DNA from: Balanoglossus misakiensis
Lineage: Eukaryota; Animalia; Hemichordata
Assembly (NCBI GenBank): GCA_040954595.2
Contig: CM082582.2
Span: 7,194,063-7,258,062 of the forward strand
DNA length: 64,000 nt
Reading direction: 5' to 3'
A program made the position numbers and the translations under genes. The notes under the pieces are model-generated. The model was given only the letters and a program-made list of their open reading frames with translations, was not told where the DNA came from and made no database searches. Positions 12,459 to 24,400 of this stretch are shown in pieces. How positions within the stretch are numbered: position 1 is the stretch's first letter; each line of letters begins with the position of its first letter.

Positions 12459-15400
12459 ATATAATTTATTCATTCTTTAAGTTGATAATTTTATTTTTAT
12501 ACGTCATAAACCTTTCATCCTTCTGCTTTGAAATTATATAAGTCATGGGTCTGTGTTTGTTTTACAATTTTGTGTATATTTTTTGTTATATTCTGTCGCG
12601 GTTTCATCTTTCTGTTTGGAAAACACGGTAAAATATAAGGTTGTGGGTAGAGGCTCTTTAACAAACAGATCTCGAAGAAGATAAACACATAATACATTCT
12701 CCACATATCTTAAGAAATCAATGCAATGTTTCTCTCTACGCTAATGCATTTTTTTCTCTCTCTGTCTGGGGTAATTTACGTCGAGGCATTAGTCTTGTCT
12801 TTTGTGCTAGAAAAGTGCATTTGGGGCTCCCCAGTTCTGTTGGCTTATGGCGCTGTCAAACCTTTCCATGACCCACAGATCTGAAGTCTAAGGGCCTACT
12901 TCAGTGTCATCAGAACCCCTGCACGCGGTGAATGAACACTAATTCAAGCAAGCAATGAAAGAGTATGGTTGTAAATTTTCGGCCAGCATCGGACATCGAG
13001 TGGTGCATGGTGGTGGTGTTAGGTGTGACCAGGGTTGTGTTCGGTCCGGGTTACCATGACAACCGGTAACAATGTGTCTTGTCCGGTTGTCAAACCACAC
13101 ACTGTAATTGTTTTACTAAGCCTTCCATGGGTACAATGACCGGGTCATAACGGGTCACTGTGTCCGAATTGCCCCAACACAACGCATTGTTCTCTCGTGG
13201 GTGCACGGTATACTGTAGCCCTGGTCTTTTCTTGTTTTGTCGTGTGATTTAGATGACTTGGAGTTAATCCGCTGCACAGATTCACTGCAGCCAAGTAAAA
13301 CCTCCGTCATACCTGTAAAAGTTACAAAGTTTGTTGCGTCCATCAGCTGAAAAACTTGGTCCGTAATAGTTGATTCGGATTTTGCAGAGATGACAAAATT
13401 TAATGTAACATTTGTGGAAACGCTTAACTCTCATACAGGTTGCTTGGTGTAAAGCATACACAAACTAAATGATATCATGAAACTATTTTCATTAACGCTG
13501 CAGATCGAGTCACAGTCTCTATTTATAACCTACCGGCCTCGCTGCTTACAGAAAAAAAACTTCTAAAAATACTACCAGTACCACGACAAAGCCACCAAAG
13601 CAGACTTCTATGATGGGTGGAGCCTTGACCTTCTGTATAAAGTACAATCGTATCTTAAAGCCTCTTCACACAGTTAAGTCTCGAAAAAGAAACATTGTTA
13701 AAACTTGAATTGCCATTGAAAGTTCACATTCAAGTGCTCAACCTCTGCAGTATACGGCACAATGCACACACATACCTGTAGAACAGAAACATCACCCATG
13801 ATACAGTTAATGCATGGGATTAAATACTTCCATTCAGTTACACGTCTCTAATGAATCACTAATTCATCAAATGATCCAGATCTGAGTTATTGATAAGCGT
13901 TCGGATTTTGAAGAACCCCCATTTAACTTTAAAAACCCATTCAGGGTTCTTCTTTATTGTGTTGATCCGATGCTACTTTAGGTTTAAGACTTTTAATTGC
14001 GATTTCGGGGCACCATTGAAATCCGATCCTCCGACTTGCCACAGTTTTTTTTACAATTCCCTTTCTTTGGCATTGTGTCCAGGATGTGGGTGGGGGATCT
14101 ACTCTCCTCCTCCACATAGTCACCCGTGTGTGACTTGTCGTGTCCCCGGGGGCCAAATCTCATCCCAAGTCACTCAATATCCTGATAGCGACAATGCTAA
14201 ATCCCACAATGTACTTGATATTAATGTTCGCCTTCAGAAGTATGGGTGCGCGAAGCATGCCCATTCATGCATTCATTCTAACTGTTTAATGTAACTGTAC
14301 TTTTGCTTAAAATAGGTCAAGTGGGTCGTGTCTGATGGAGCAACTTATTTGGGCAACACTTGTGGTGTTTACAGTTCTGTATCACATACATTGTAGAGAA
14401 ATGTTTTGAATTAATATACTTCTACCATTCGCCCGTTTGGATTCCCTCTTGAGTTTATCTTTGACGATGTGCAGACTTTATATGTACATGACTGGACTGT
14501 GTAGAGGACGAAACCACAGATTCTGGAGCCAGAATCTTCAAGGATGCGTTTCAGAGAGAATTGTCCATTGTCTATTCAGTTGTTCTCATATAACTCCGGA
14601 GTTTTACAGTACATCCATTATTTCTCTCTGATCTCGCACCTCCCGAAGACAGACCTAATTCTCGGGATTAATGCAACTTCAATATCTTTTGAATAATGTC
14701 TAGCTTATAGTGGTCTCTCTTCTCTGAAGTCAAGAATGACCGTCCACAGGGATGGTTTTAGCCAATCCATTCCGTCTGTAGAACAATATTACCTTTGTAT
14801 TCCATGGTCTATAACACGAGTACCACAGGGAACTGAGCCACTCGGTGATGGAAAGTTTGAGGTTAGAACCCTTGGGGGAAAGGCTTGATTTGCGCTTTTT
14901 GTAAAGTGAGGTCAAGGTTAAAATAACAAGGCAACTGGTGGATGTAAGTTTTTTTATGACCGAACCCTTTGCAGTAGTATTGTACAGATGTCAGTGTGAA
15001 TGTCAGCTGACACGAAGCCTCAAAGACACCTTATATTAATAGCACGGCGATTGTACCAAACCTTTCATTCTTTATTCTTTGATTTGCTTTGAACTTGATG
15101 CTGTTTTGCCTACTTTGACATGCCTATGACAACAGGGGCTGTAATTAAAGTGCCACAAAAGTCAACCGATCTCACAGTTATATGGGTACATTCTGAAATT
15201 GTGAAATCCAATGGGTGAAGCCTATGCAACAGGTGGTCTTATCCACAAGGGCACGTCATATCAGTGTGTTTAGGATATTTGCTTAGTTTAGGCACGGTCA
15301 CGGTCAACCATGGTTTTTGATAGCCCAATTAAAGCCAGCAGAGGAGTTAGAAAATCAATCATTCTTACAATCATATACTTCAGTGACAATGTAGTAGTTT

Positions 15401-18400
15401 AAATGTAACTTATTGCACAAGAAAAGTCAACGTGGCTAGGCTAAAATTGGTGTGGGTGAATTGAGAGATTCTTGACACCCTCACACCCCCTGCAGGGCTC
15501 TCTGATGAATTGTAGCTGTGTGGGAGTGTAATATTTACACACCAAAGTTACACTTGACAGGAATCCTACTCATCCTGCAGCTGGGGGCAAAGCAATATCT
15601 CCATTGTTTGCTGGTAGAGCGTAGGTTGCTCAGTAACTCTGACAGAACTGCCAACGTTACACAATCGACTGCCAGAGGGCAAAAATTTCTTAATTTCTTT
15701 TTTTTTGTCATTTTGCCTTCACTGTGTTCTTTTACGGAAACAAACATGGAGCAAGTGATTGGAAAGCATTTATCAAATTTACCTGTCTAAAATAGAGCCT
15801 ATGTAAACTGGCCTGTTGTTCAGAGACCTACATGTATATGTATTGATGAATTTTCCAAATATTACATGAGTAAATATAATCAATTAGTCGTTTAGCAGTT
15901 CTGCAGATAAAACAAAAGTTAATGATAAAGACAATTTGTACATGCATACTAATCCACACTAAATTATTGTTGACTGTACTCTTCATGTCAACAATATTAG
16001 ATGATTATTCTTATGTGGTAATTTTTGGTCCATACCAGAAATTATGTCATGGAATTATGCCCATGTGCAAGGTGTAAGTTGAACTGTAAAAACTGATGAA
16101 TCAGCATATTTTCAGTACATACCTTAATGTACAGTGAAACAAGCAGAGCCAATATAATGTCAAAAGTTGGTGTCTCTTTACCTTTAATACATGAAATGCA
16201 TTTTTGAGAAGACTGGCCTAAAGTAAATTGAGTTTTAAGTAGGGCAATCGGCCCAAACTGAAGAACTTTAGTAGTCAAGTGGGGGTAACAAACGGTTATA
16301 ACTGTGCTTTGATGTTCCAAGAGACATTTATTTGTGGAAGTTCTTAGTCCGGTGCATGTAATCGGACACCTTCAATCGCAAAACCGGCGCAGAACGTCAT
16401 GCAGTGTACACACCAGTTGACAATGCGCCCACCCCCTCGGAATGCATTGATGGTATGGCTGGTCAGGTTTTCATTCACGGACGTGTTGGGTCAGTGCACA
16501 CCTAGCGAGGGTTAATAGAAGGTTTGTGGACGCGCAGGTATTCGGAGTGGATGGTGGGTGTCGGTGTTGGTTTACTCTGAAGTCTGTGTGCCTTCACTGT
16601 GTCTTCAAGGCCACTGAAACAAAACAATACAATCTTCCACTGATAAAGGGAAAAAAGCACACAACAATGCAATTGCCAAGGAAACAAAACATGACACAAT
16701 CGCAAAAAAAAGTGCAGTTACACGGGTCCTTAGGGGGATATATTTACTTACATGTCATTACAAGTCCCTTTAAACAAGCAAAACAGGGAATTTCCCATAC
16801 AGATCTTGTCATAGATATTACTGATCTTGCAGATATAGCCATGCGAAAAAGCTGCAGTATATGACCAAATATAATGTGTAAGGTACTGTACAAATGTATA
16901 TCCTTCGATTGTTCACTCATGGCATCAGAATGAGTTCATGCCTCAACTGTTCTGCTAATGCAATTGTACACATCAGAATTGAAATATTAGGAAGTGGCAC
17001 AGAGCTAGTGTGTAACTATAGCTGCTATTACACCATATGAAATGGTGTGGATAATGATTCAACATCTTAACACTGCATGGGATTTCTATATGCAAACATA
17101 CTCTGCCAAATTCTGCTCCACTGTAATAATTTACTGTATTGCCAATGCAACAAAACTGGTTTTCAGGCAAGTAAAGATAAAAAAAACACCATCAAATAGT
17201 TGCAATGATGGTGGCAATAACGGCTGTTAATACACTTCCTAATGAAATTTACAACAATTGTTTTGCATTTAAGACAGAATTTATGATGTGATTAAAGGTG
17301 GGACTCGAGGCAACCACCTTGCAGGTTTGGCATCCAGACACTGGATCAATTTTCTACAAAAGATTACAAGTCTGCAAATGATGGACTGTAGATAGAAGGG
17401 TCTGTGTCATTAATAGCTTTTATTATTATTTAATGACATAATTTAAACATGCCAGAGTTACCATGAAAAGCTCTAGGGAGATTGGTGTGGTTTTCTGTAT
17501 TTTTGAGGCGACAAAATATGGCAATTGATTCTAAGTGAACTGCATGTACGTCCAAAGTTCAAATGGATATATCCTTTTTGTTTTCCCACTGGGGTGTTAC
17601 ACTACTAAATTATCTCTCTCTTTCTCTCCAATCATTTGATCTCATAACCTTATCCCCCCTCTGAGCCTGTACTTAGACCCAGTTTGACTACTGGAAACAA
17701 TGGGGTCGCACCAACGCACAGGGGTGAAACTAGGGTTGAACAATGATGGACAGCTTAAGTGATAGAGAACAAGCTGATCCGAGATAATTATAACATCATT
17801 TACAAGCGGCCCTGATACTAATTAAACCAAAGTCATACACACTAATGAGAGGTCACAGTCATATGCATTTATTTGAGAAGAGCCCGCTGTGTTTGGCAGA
17901 GAAAAGATTGTTTGCTTGTTGTGGATTATTCCAATTATTGTGAACTTTGTGGCCACAGTAAAGGTATATCTAATTCTGGTGGTTGTAAACAAGGCCATAA
18001 CTTTCAAGAGAACAGCAATTAGAATCGATTGGGTTGAAATGTGTGGCAGGCAGAGTCTTTATTAAAGGCCATCTAAAGTGTGTGTACTTCACAAAGGAAC
18101 ACAGCTAGAATGGCTGCCAACTCTTGTACCCCAACATGCCAATAAGTTCCAAGGCCAGACAAACAGGTGTTAATTGTGACCTTGTGCGCCGCAGCCGATT
18201 AAACTGAAATTCTATATAGTGATAAATTGAAGTCTTTGTCAGCACTATAAATTGGTATATATCCTTGGTATAGATTAGGATTAAGCTACAATCTATTGCT
18301 AGTATTTGTTGTTTTTATGTTTTTTCTTCAAAATACATTTTCCGTGTTAAAAGTAATAGTTGGAATCAGCTGATCAACTCAATTAAACTAGCTGTCATAA

Positions 18401-20346
18401 CTCATAACTTTTAAAAATTAAACATAACAACTTGATTTCAAGTTTAATACTTCTGATAGATGACCTTTGCCAAGTCCATTTCCTGTCTGTCACCAAAATC
18501 TCATAATACATTCACCTTGTGAAGAAACCCATGGTGATCAAAGTCTGAGCCAATGCATGCTGACAGGTGGCTCTCTTGAGAAGGTCAAACATGTCGACTG
18601 AAAGCAAAAATCTCAGACCTTTGTCATTGTTAATACCGGTAGTCAAAATACACGAAGGTCAACTGGCTTTTATGTGTCCAAAGCACGGTGCACTTGGGGA
18701 ATATTTACGTAAACAGACTGTGTGCAGAGAAAAGTTGATACTTACTGATGTGTTTGCAGACTGAAATGCACTCTCATTGTTTCGCGCTTTTTACAATGTT
18801 TGCATTCGTTAAATATAGCACAGTATTCTGGGCAGAACACAAATATTTGACAATTCTGGTCGTCTGAATATTTTTGTCAGAGGCACAGCTGAAGGTCTTC
18901 TGAAAATAATCATTATATAGCATGTGATTTTACAGATGTTCCTGCTGTTTTGATCCACATCAGAGCTAGGACATCAGACATACAGTTGAACAAGTCACAT
19001 AACTTGTCATCCTGAATGTTTTTGTGTGTTTTTCATTTTTTTTTCAGAGGGAGCTGACATCATCTCAGAATTCTCAAGACTTTGAATTAAGACTTTTCCT
19101 CTGGGTTTATGAAGTCCATCATTCAGAATCACAGAACCCAAGTCAACCATTGTAGTGTGACTGCAGGCACTGTAGAAGAACCCTGGGAAGGTCATCAGCC
19201 CAGGTTGATGTCGATCGACCTCCAGACAGAATTTTTTTCCTTGTCTGCCATCTGAGCAGAGCACCGTTTGCATCTGTCAGCACATACAGATTTCCCATAT
19301 CAAACACTGGATAATGCACTCAGAAAAACCCTTATTATATCAGTTACTATAATTTTGTGAAGATTAGTCCGTCAGCCTCTAAATACAGGACTACAGGTGA
19401 ATATTTTAGCGGTGTTATTCTTTAAATGGGAGCCAAATTCAAAAAGTACCTTTTTTATATTTAAAGCTGATAAATCATATACACAAACCATAACCAAATG
19501 CAGTATACCTTGGACTATATAGTATTTCAACATCCATGACCCTGATAGCTGATAACATAACATATTATACATGTATTAACTCCTTTTCGCACATTCAAAG
19601 CTAAGCTATTTGATTTAATTTCTAAATTAAAATTTTATAACTGCTGCATAAAATTAAATCGTGAACCTTGTTTGGAAGTATTGTTTTCAAACAAGCACAT
19701 AACTGGTCAACTGAAATGTTTTTTACAAAAAAGTAGTTTGCATTTTAATTGAAATTGGTTAAATTAATACTGAACTCATTGTAAGCATTTTTTATCTCCT
19801 ATTTATTTATACCATATTTTGAACAGTTAATTAACAGCAATGAAAACAGCAAAATTGTGTTTCTGATATGCCTGCATCAAAATCTTTGCTGGTCAGGGCA
19901 ACTACAATTAGGGCTATTTATTTATACTGCCAAGAAAATATTTTTCATATATGCAGAATTACATAAAAGACTGGTGCTCAAGAAACACAAAAAAATATTT
20001 CATTGATCTTTCGAACTTTGACCCCTGAGTGACCTATGACATTTGAGAATTCACCTAAAAAATTATGGGGCAAACGATGGGAATGATAAAGGCATGTACA
20101 GAAACAGAATTTATTGTCTTGAATCAAACCATAATGTACCTCAGTTGACTTTGTTGCTGCAACTAACATCATTACATTTTTGTTTTTGAGAAAGGCAGGC
20201 CACTCAAATGTCCTTCTTTTGATAAAAAAAATGAGAAAAACATGAAGGGTCTCCATCTAAATTTTTCAGTGACTAATACCGTCACACAATCAGGGTTTTG
20301 GGGACACACAACAGACAGACGACTTAAATTTCTTCCGAATTATAAG

Positions 20347-20352
20347 TTTATT
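20347..20352 (-). promoter_or_regulatory. Candidate polyadenylation signal (AATAAA) of VIRMA
   Basis: TTTATT on the + strand, ~1.1 kb past the VIRMA stop codon, at the end of AT-rich 3' UTR-like sequence. Confidence 0.45.
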
Positions 20353-20422
20353 ATTTTCAGTATAAAGAAAGAACACTTCTGAATGGCTTGGTAAAATTTT
20401 TCAGTAATGGCAGAAATATTGA

Positions 20423-20517
20423 GCTGACCACAGATGAACAACACAAGTGTTCAGGTCTGGTGGAAGATCTATCCTATTTTAGATAGCAAGACCCATGCTT
20501 GGTCATCTGTGGTCAAC
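20423..20517 (-). other. Long stem-loop in the presumed VIRMA 3' UTR
   Basis: On the minus strand GUUGACCACAGAUGA pairs with UCAUCUGUGGUCAGC (15 bp, one G-U), with further internal helices. Confidence 0.65.
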
Positions 20518-21434
20518 TTCAACACTGGCAAAAACATATCTTGACACAATATAAACTTTGCAGAACATTTTACTAGCCAAACTGCATAGATAATAATTAC
20601 ATTGCGCCTATCACTCCTACAAGTATCACTATATACATACAGAGCTTGAAGGGCAAATGTTTACTACTGCTAACTATGGGGCAAGGGCGAACTGTACAGC
20701 ACCCTCTAGCACCGAATAGATGAATTCTTTTGTTTGCAGCGAGACACCAACATGTACAGTGCGTATAGAAAAAATCAGAAACCTCGAATGACAAAACAGT
20801 AAGAAACTTCAACTATTTACACAAGAGACTCAAAATTGAAAGTAATAAGTAGATTTTTCTGTTTGTGTTTTTCGATAAAGGGGGACATGCTTGCAATACA
20901 CATGCACTTTCTAAATTGGACAATATGAGAAAAACAATACCGGTAGTGGGGAAAGATCACAAGTAAAGTCCAAGTGAAAATGGCAAATGGCAATAATACA
21001 TTGTATTTCATACAATGGACAGCTAAACAACAGCAAACAAATAAAATTAATAATAAAAAAAATCCATGATATACATTCGATAACATTTAGATCAAAATGT
21101 TTCACTGTGAAACACTGCTTGTTATGATCTGAAAGACTGGACAATCCCCAGCCATGTGGATCAGATAGGATGATTGAATCTTTGAGATTTAAATCGGAGT
21201 GGCATCCAGATTTTTGAAGATCTTTCCAGAAGTTTTGAACGCCCATAATCCATTGTTTTCTATGGTGAAGTTGGACCACTATAAAGGCTGCCAGAAACGT
21301 AGGCAGCGCGGCAAAAATCTCAAAATTCTTTACACAAGTGACATGACGATACAGACTTGGATTTTATATCATATATATATTTAGTTTTTGATAGAAAAAA
21401 AATGAAAATTTCATCTACAAAAAAATCTTTGGGT

Positions 21435-24400
21435 TTATCTTGTGAAGGGTCTGCCCCCGCTGTGTCTGCTGCTGCTCTCGTGACGACCATAACCTCCTCT
21501 GCTTGGCTTAGGTGGTAAAAACCTGTGAAGTAAAAAATGCACAGATAGGTTTAATGGTTTGCGGCTTGTGTACTGCAACTTCCAAATGGGTTGATTTCGC
21601 CGGGACAGTGCTGCAGATCTATTGAGAAAATGTGGAGAAGTTACATGTACCTTGTATGTGGATCTGTTTTTCCACCAGGACCAACCCATCGTCCCCCGCT
21701 GGGCATTCCCCGGAATCCTCTGAACGACTTCCTGGTCGGACTGGGACCACCTCGACCTGAGCTGGGACTACCCCTCATTCCACCACCACGGGGGCCTCCC
21801 CTCGTCGGGGAACCATACATGCCATCCCCCCTGGTGGGCGGAGGGGGAGGGGGTCGCCCGTATTGTTGGTTAGCGGAGGGTCTATTGTCTGGCCTGTCGA
21901 AGTTAGAGATAATTGACAAGAGATGTGAATCTTCTTTGAAGACTTGCACACATTAAATAACATATGACAATTTCACTGTGATAAATTATCTTGATGACTG
22001 TTGTCCGAAATTCAGGATATAAAAAGTGCCAAACATTTAAAAACAGCACTGTCACCACTAAGTTATAATTGTACAACGGGCAATGAATGTATAGGCTAGC
22101 CAATATCAGTTTGCAAATAAATTACTTTACACATTCATGTTTCAAATTTTATCAGGACCGGTTTAAAATTCCATGACTTTCCAGGTGTGTATGTGATACA
22201 CGCACCAAATATTTTTTTCACGGGAATGGGAAAGCCACTACATGTAGTTTGCTGTAGAAAGTCTTGAGAAATTGCAGATGGTAGATGTATTTACCTCCTG
22301 GATAGAAATCCCCTTGAGGTTCTGCCCTGGTACCCTCCGGGTGAGGGCTGTTGCCTGTTGTTATTGCCCCACATGTTGGGTGCCCTTCCTTGCATGTTGC
22401 CCATGCCTGGACCTGTCATCAAAACACAAGAGACCCCTTCAGTTATATAGAGAAATATTTACCGTACACATAAAAAGTAACTAGATTTTTTATTGTTAAA
22501 AATAAAAACAAAATAAAAACAGAAGATGCACTAGCTTAAAATTTGAAACTAATGAATAATGTTGATGCATAACAATATAATATTCGAAATAATTTTCATA
22601 AAAAATAAATTCGGGGAAAAATATCAGAAATGACACACTGGTATTCAAAATCATTTAACAAAGTAACACAAATTCCGAAAGCAGACATGACTTGCCTAAA
22701 TCTCTCCTGTTGTAACCACCACCGCCGCCACCACCACCACCACCTCCTGGTCCTCCCCAACGAGCTCCCACACCTCCTCCTCCTCCTCCGACGAAACCAC
22801 CACGCTGGTAGCCACCTCCGGGTCCGCCGAAGAATCCGCCGCGATTCGGCCGTCCTTGCGGAATTCCCTGCAAAAGAAACGTCGGAGCGGTTGAATCAGT
22901 TTCGGAGTACGACACGCCACTTGTGAAAAAATTTGCACATTTTGTAAAAAATATCCCTTTCTGGCAATTTGCATCCACTTGTAAAGCAAACGGAAGAGGG
23001 AGCCGGCGTTATCTACCGGCGCCATTAATCATACTGATCTGATCGTATCACGAGAACGCACTTGTCTTTTCTCGTATATCACACGGTCCAGGCAAGGAAG
23101 CGGGACAAGCTGACAGTTTCACAGCAAATTTGACAGAGTGGTTCAGTCATATCACGTCCAGATCGCCGGCATGAATATTCAAATTATCTGGCAATCGCCA
23201 GAAACATGCGTGCTTGCGTATCGAATCACCTCTATTCTCATCAGTTGGAAAGATCTAAATGTTTGCAGCAAGATTCTAAAATTTATTTCATCCATCATTT
23301 CCACAGAAAGTACCCCAAGCCTACATGTAGCTCATTCCAAGACACGTAACATCATATGTGCCCTGAAGATTATTTTACTGCAGGAAAATAATTTTTTTTC
23401 CTGGCGATTAATTAATTTGGAATTCCCAGGGGCATTTGCCTTAATTGACCTTGTATCACAGCCACACATCTATCTAGACCCTGGAGACAGGGGACAGTAC
23501 AACAGATGCATACTAATGAAAAATCTCCGCTTGTAGTTACATCAGCTGTGAGTGGGCGGGTGATGGATCACTGTTTCGTACCAGATCTCCACCATCAATG
23601 CCAGGGATATTATTAATCACCGGATTGTGATCTGAATATTTAATGATTGATTTCTTTTTGGCGTCCCCAGACTTCATCACAGTGTTAGAGCGCCCTACCA
23701 TACTGAGAACACACTTTTTATGTACAACTCTTATATATTACTTTTTGAAATCAGTTTCTATTGCATTATGGATTAGAAAACAAGATAATATTAAAAGCAC
23801 TCTATGGAACGTTCAAAAGAAGGCTTTGCATATCCATACATGCACATCACAACATACATCTGAAATTGCCTATGTGTGCTTGCCAAACTCTCCCAGATTT
23901 ATTGACCCATCCATTCTGTCACACAAATCTGTCAACAGACAATTCCCATCTCTCTCACCTTGTTCATCTTCTTCATGGGCTGCACATGGTGGTGCTGAGG
24001 TGGGTTGTCCTTCATGGCTTCAAAGTCGTCCACGTGCATGGATGGTGGCCTGCTGGTGTTCTGCGCTCGCTGGCGGAAGATGTCGTGAGGCCTGGAACCC
24101 TGGTGGTAGAAGCCCCCTCTGCCACCCCGACCCGGCATAGCTGGAAAAACGCACAAAGACAAGCGTTGAATGTATATGCAGGGATTTTTAATTTTTGATG
24201 AAAATGTGCTAATTTGTACTACACAGGCAGTGAGCAAACTGTCATGTTTTTGTCATGAATATATATTATATTCTGTATACAAAACACCATTGGCCATATC
24301 CATATTCATGACCTTGACATGACCTGTTGCTTTTTTGAAATCACACTTACGTTTATGGCCTCTTCTCATCGGACCAAATCCTCTCTTTTCCCCTCTCGCT

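Noticed and set aside
13900-14030. Degenerate inverted-repeat element (CGGATTT...AAATCCG)
   Set aside because: Arms are too short and diverged, and there is no TSD.
20423-20517. SECIS element interpretation of the VIRMA 3' UTR hairpin
   Set aside because: The AUGA is Watson-Crick paired rather than forming the GA quartet, and the VIRMA ORF has no in-frame UGA.
23582-23631. Possible stop-containing poison exon in a VIRMA intron
   Set aside because: AG/GT ends exist, but the acceptor lacks a pyrimidine tract. Not supportable without RNA data.
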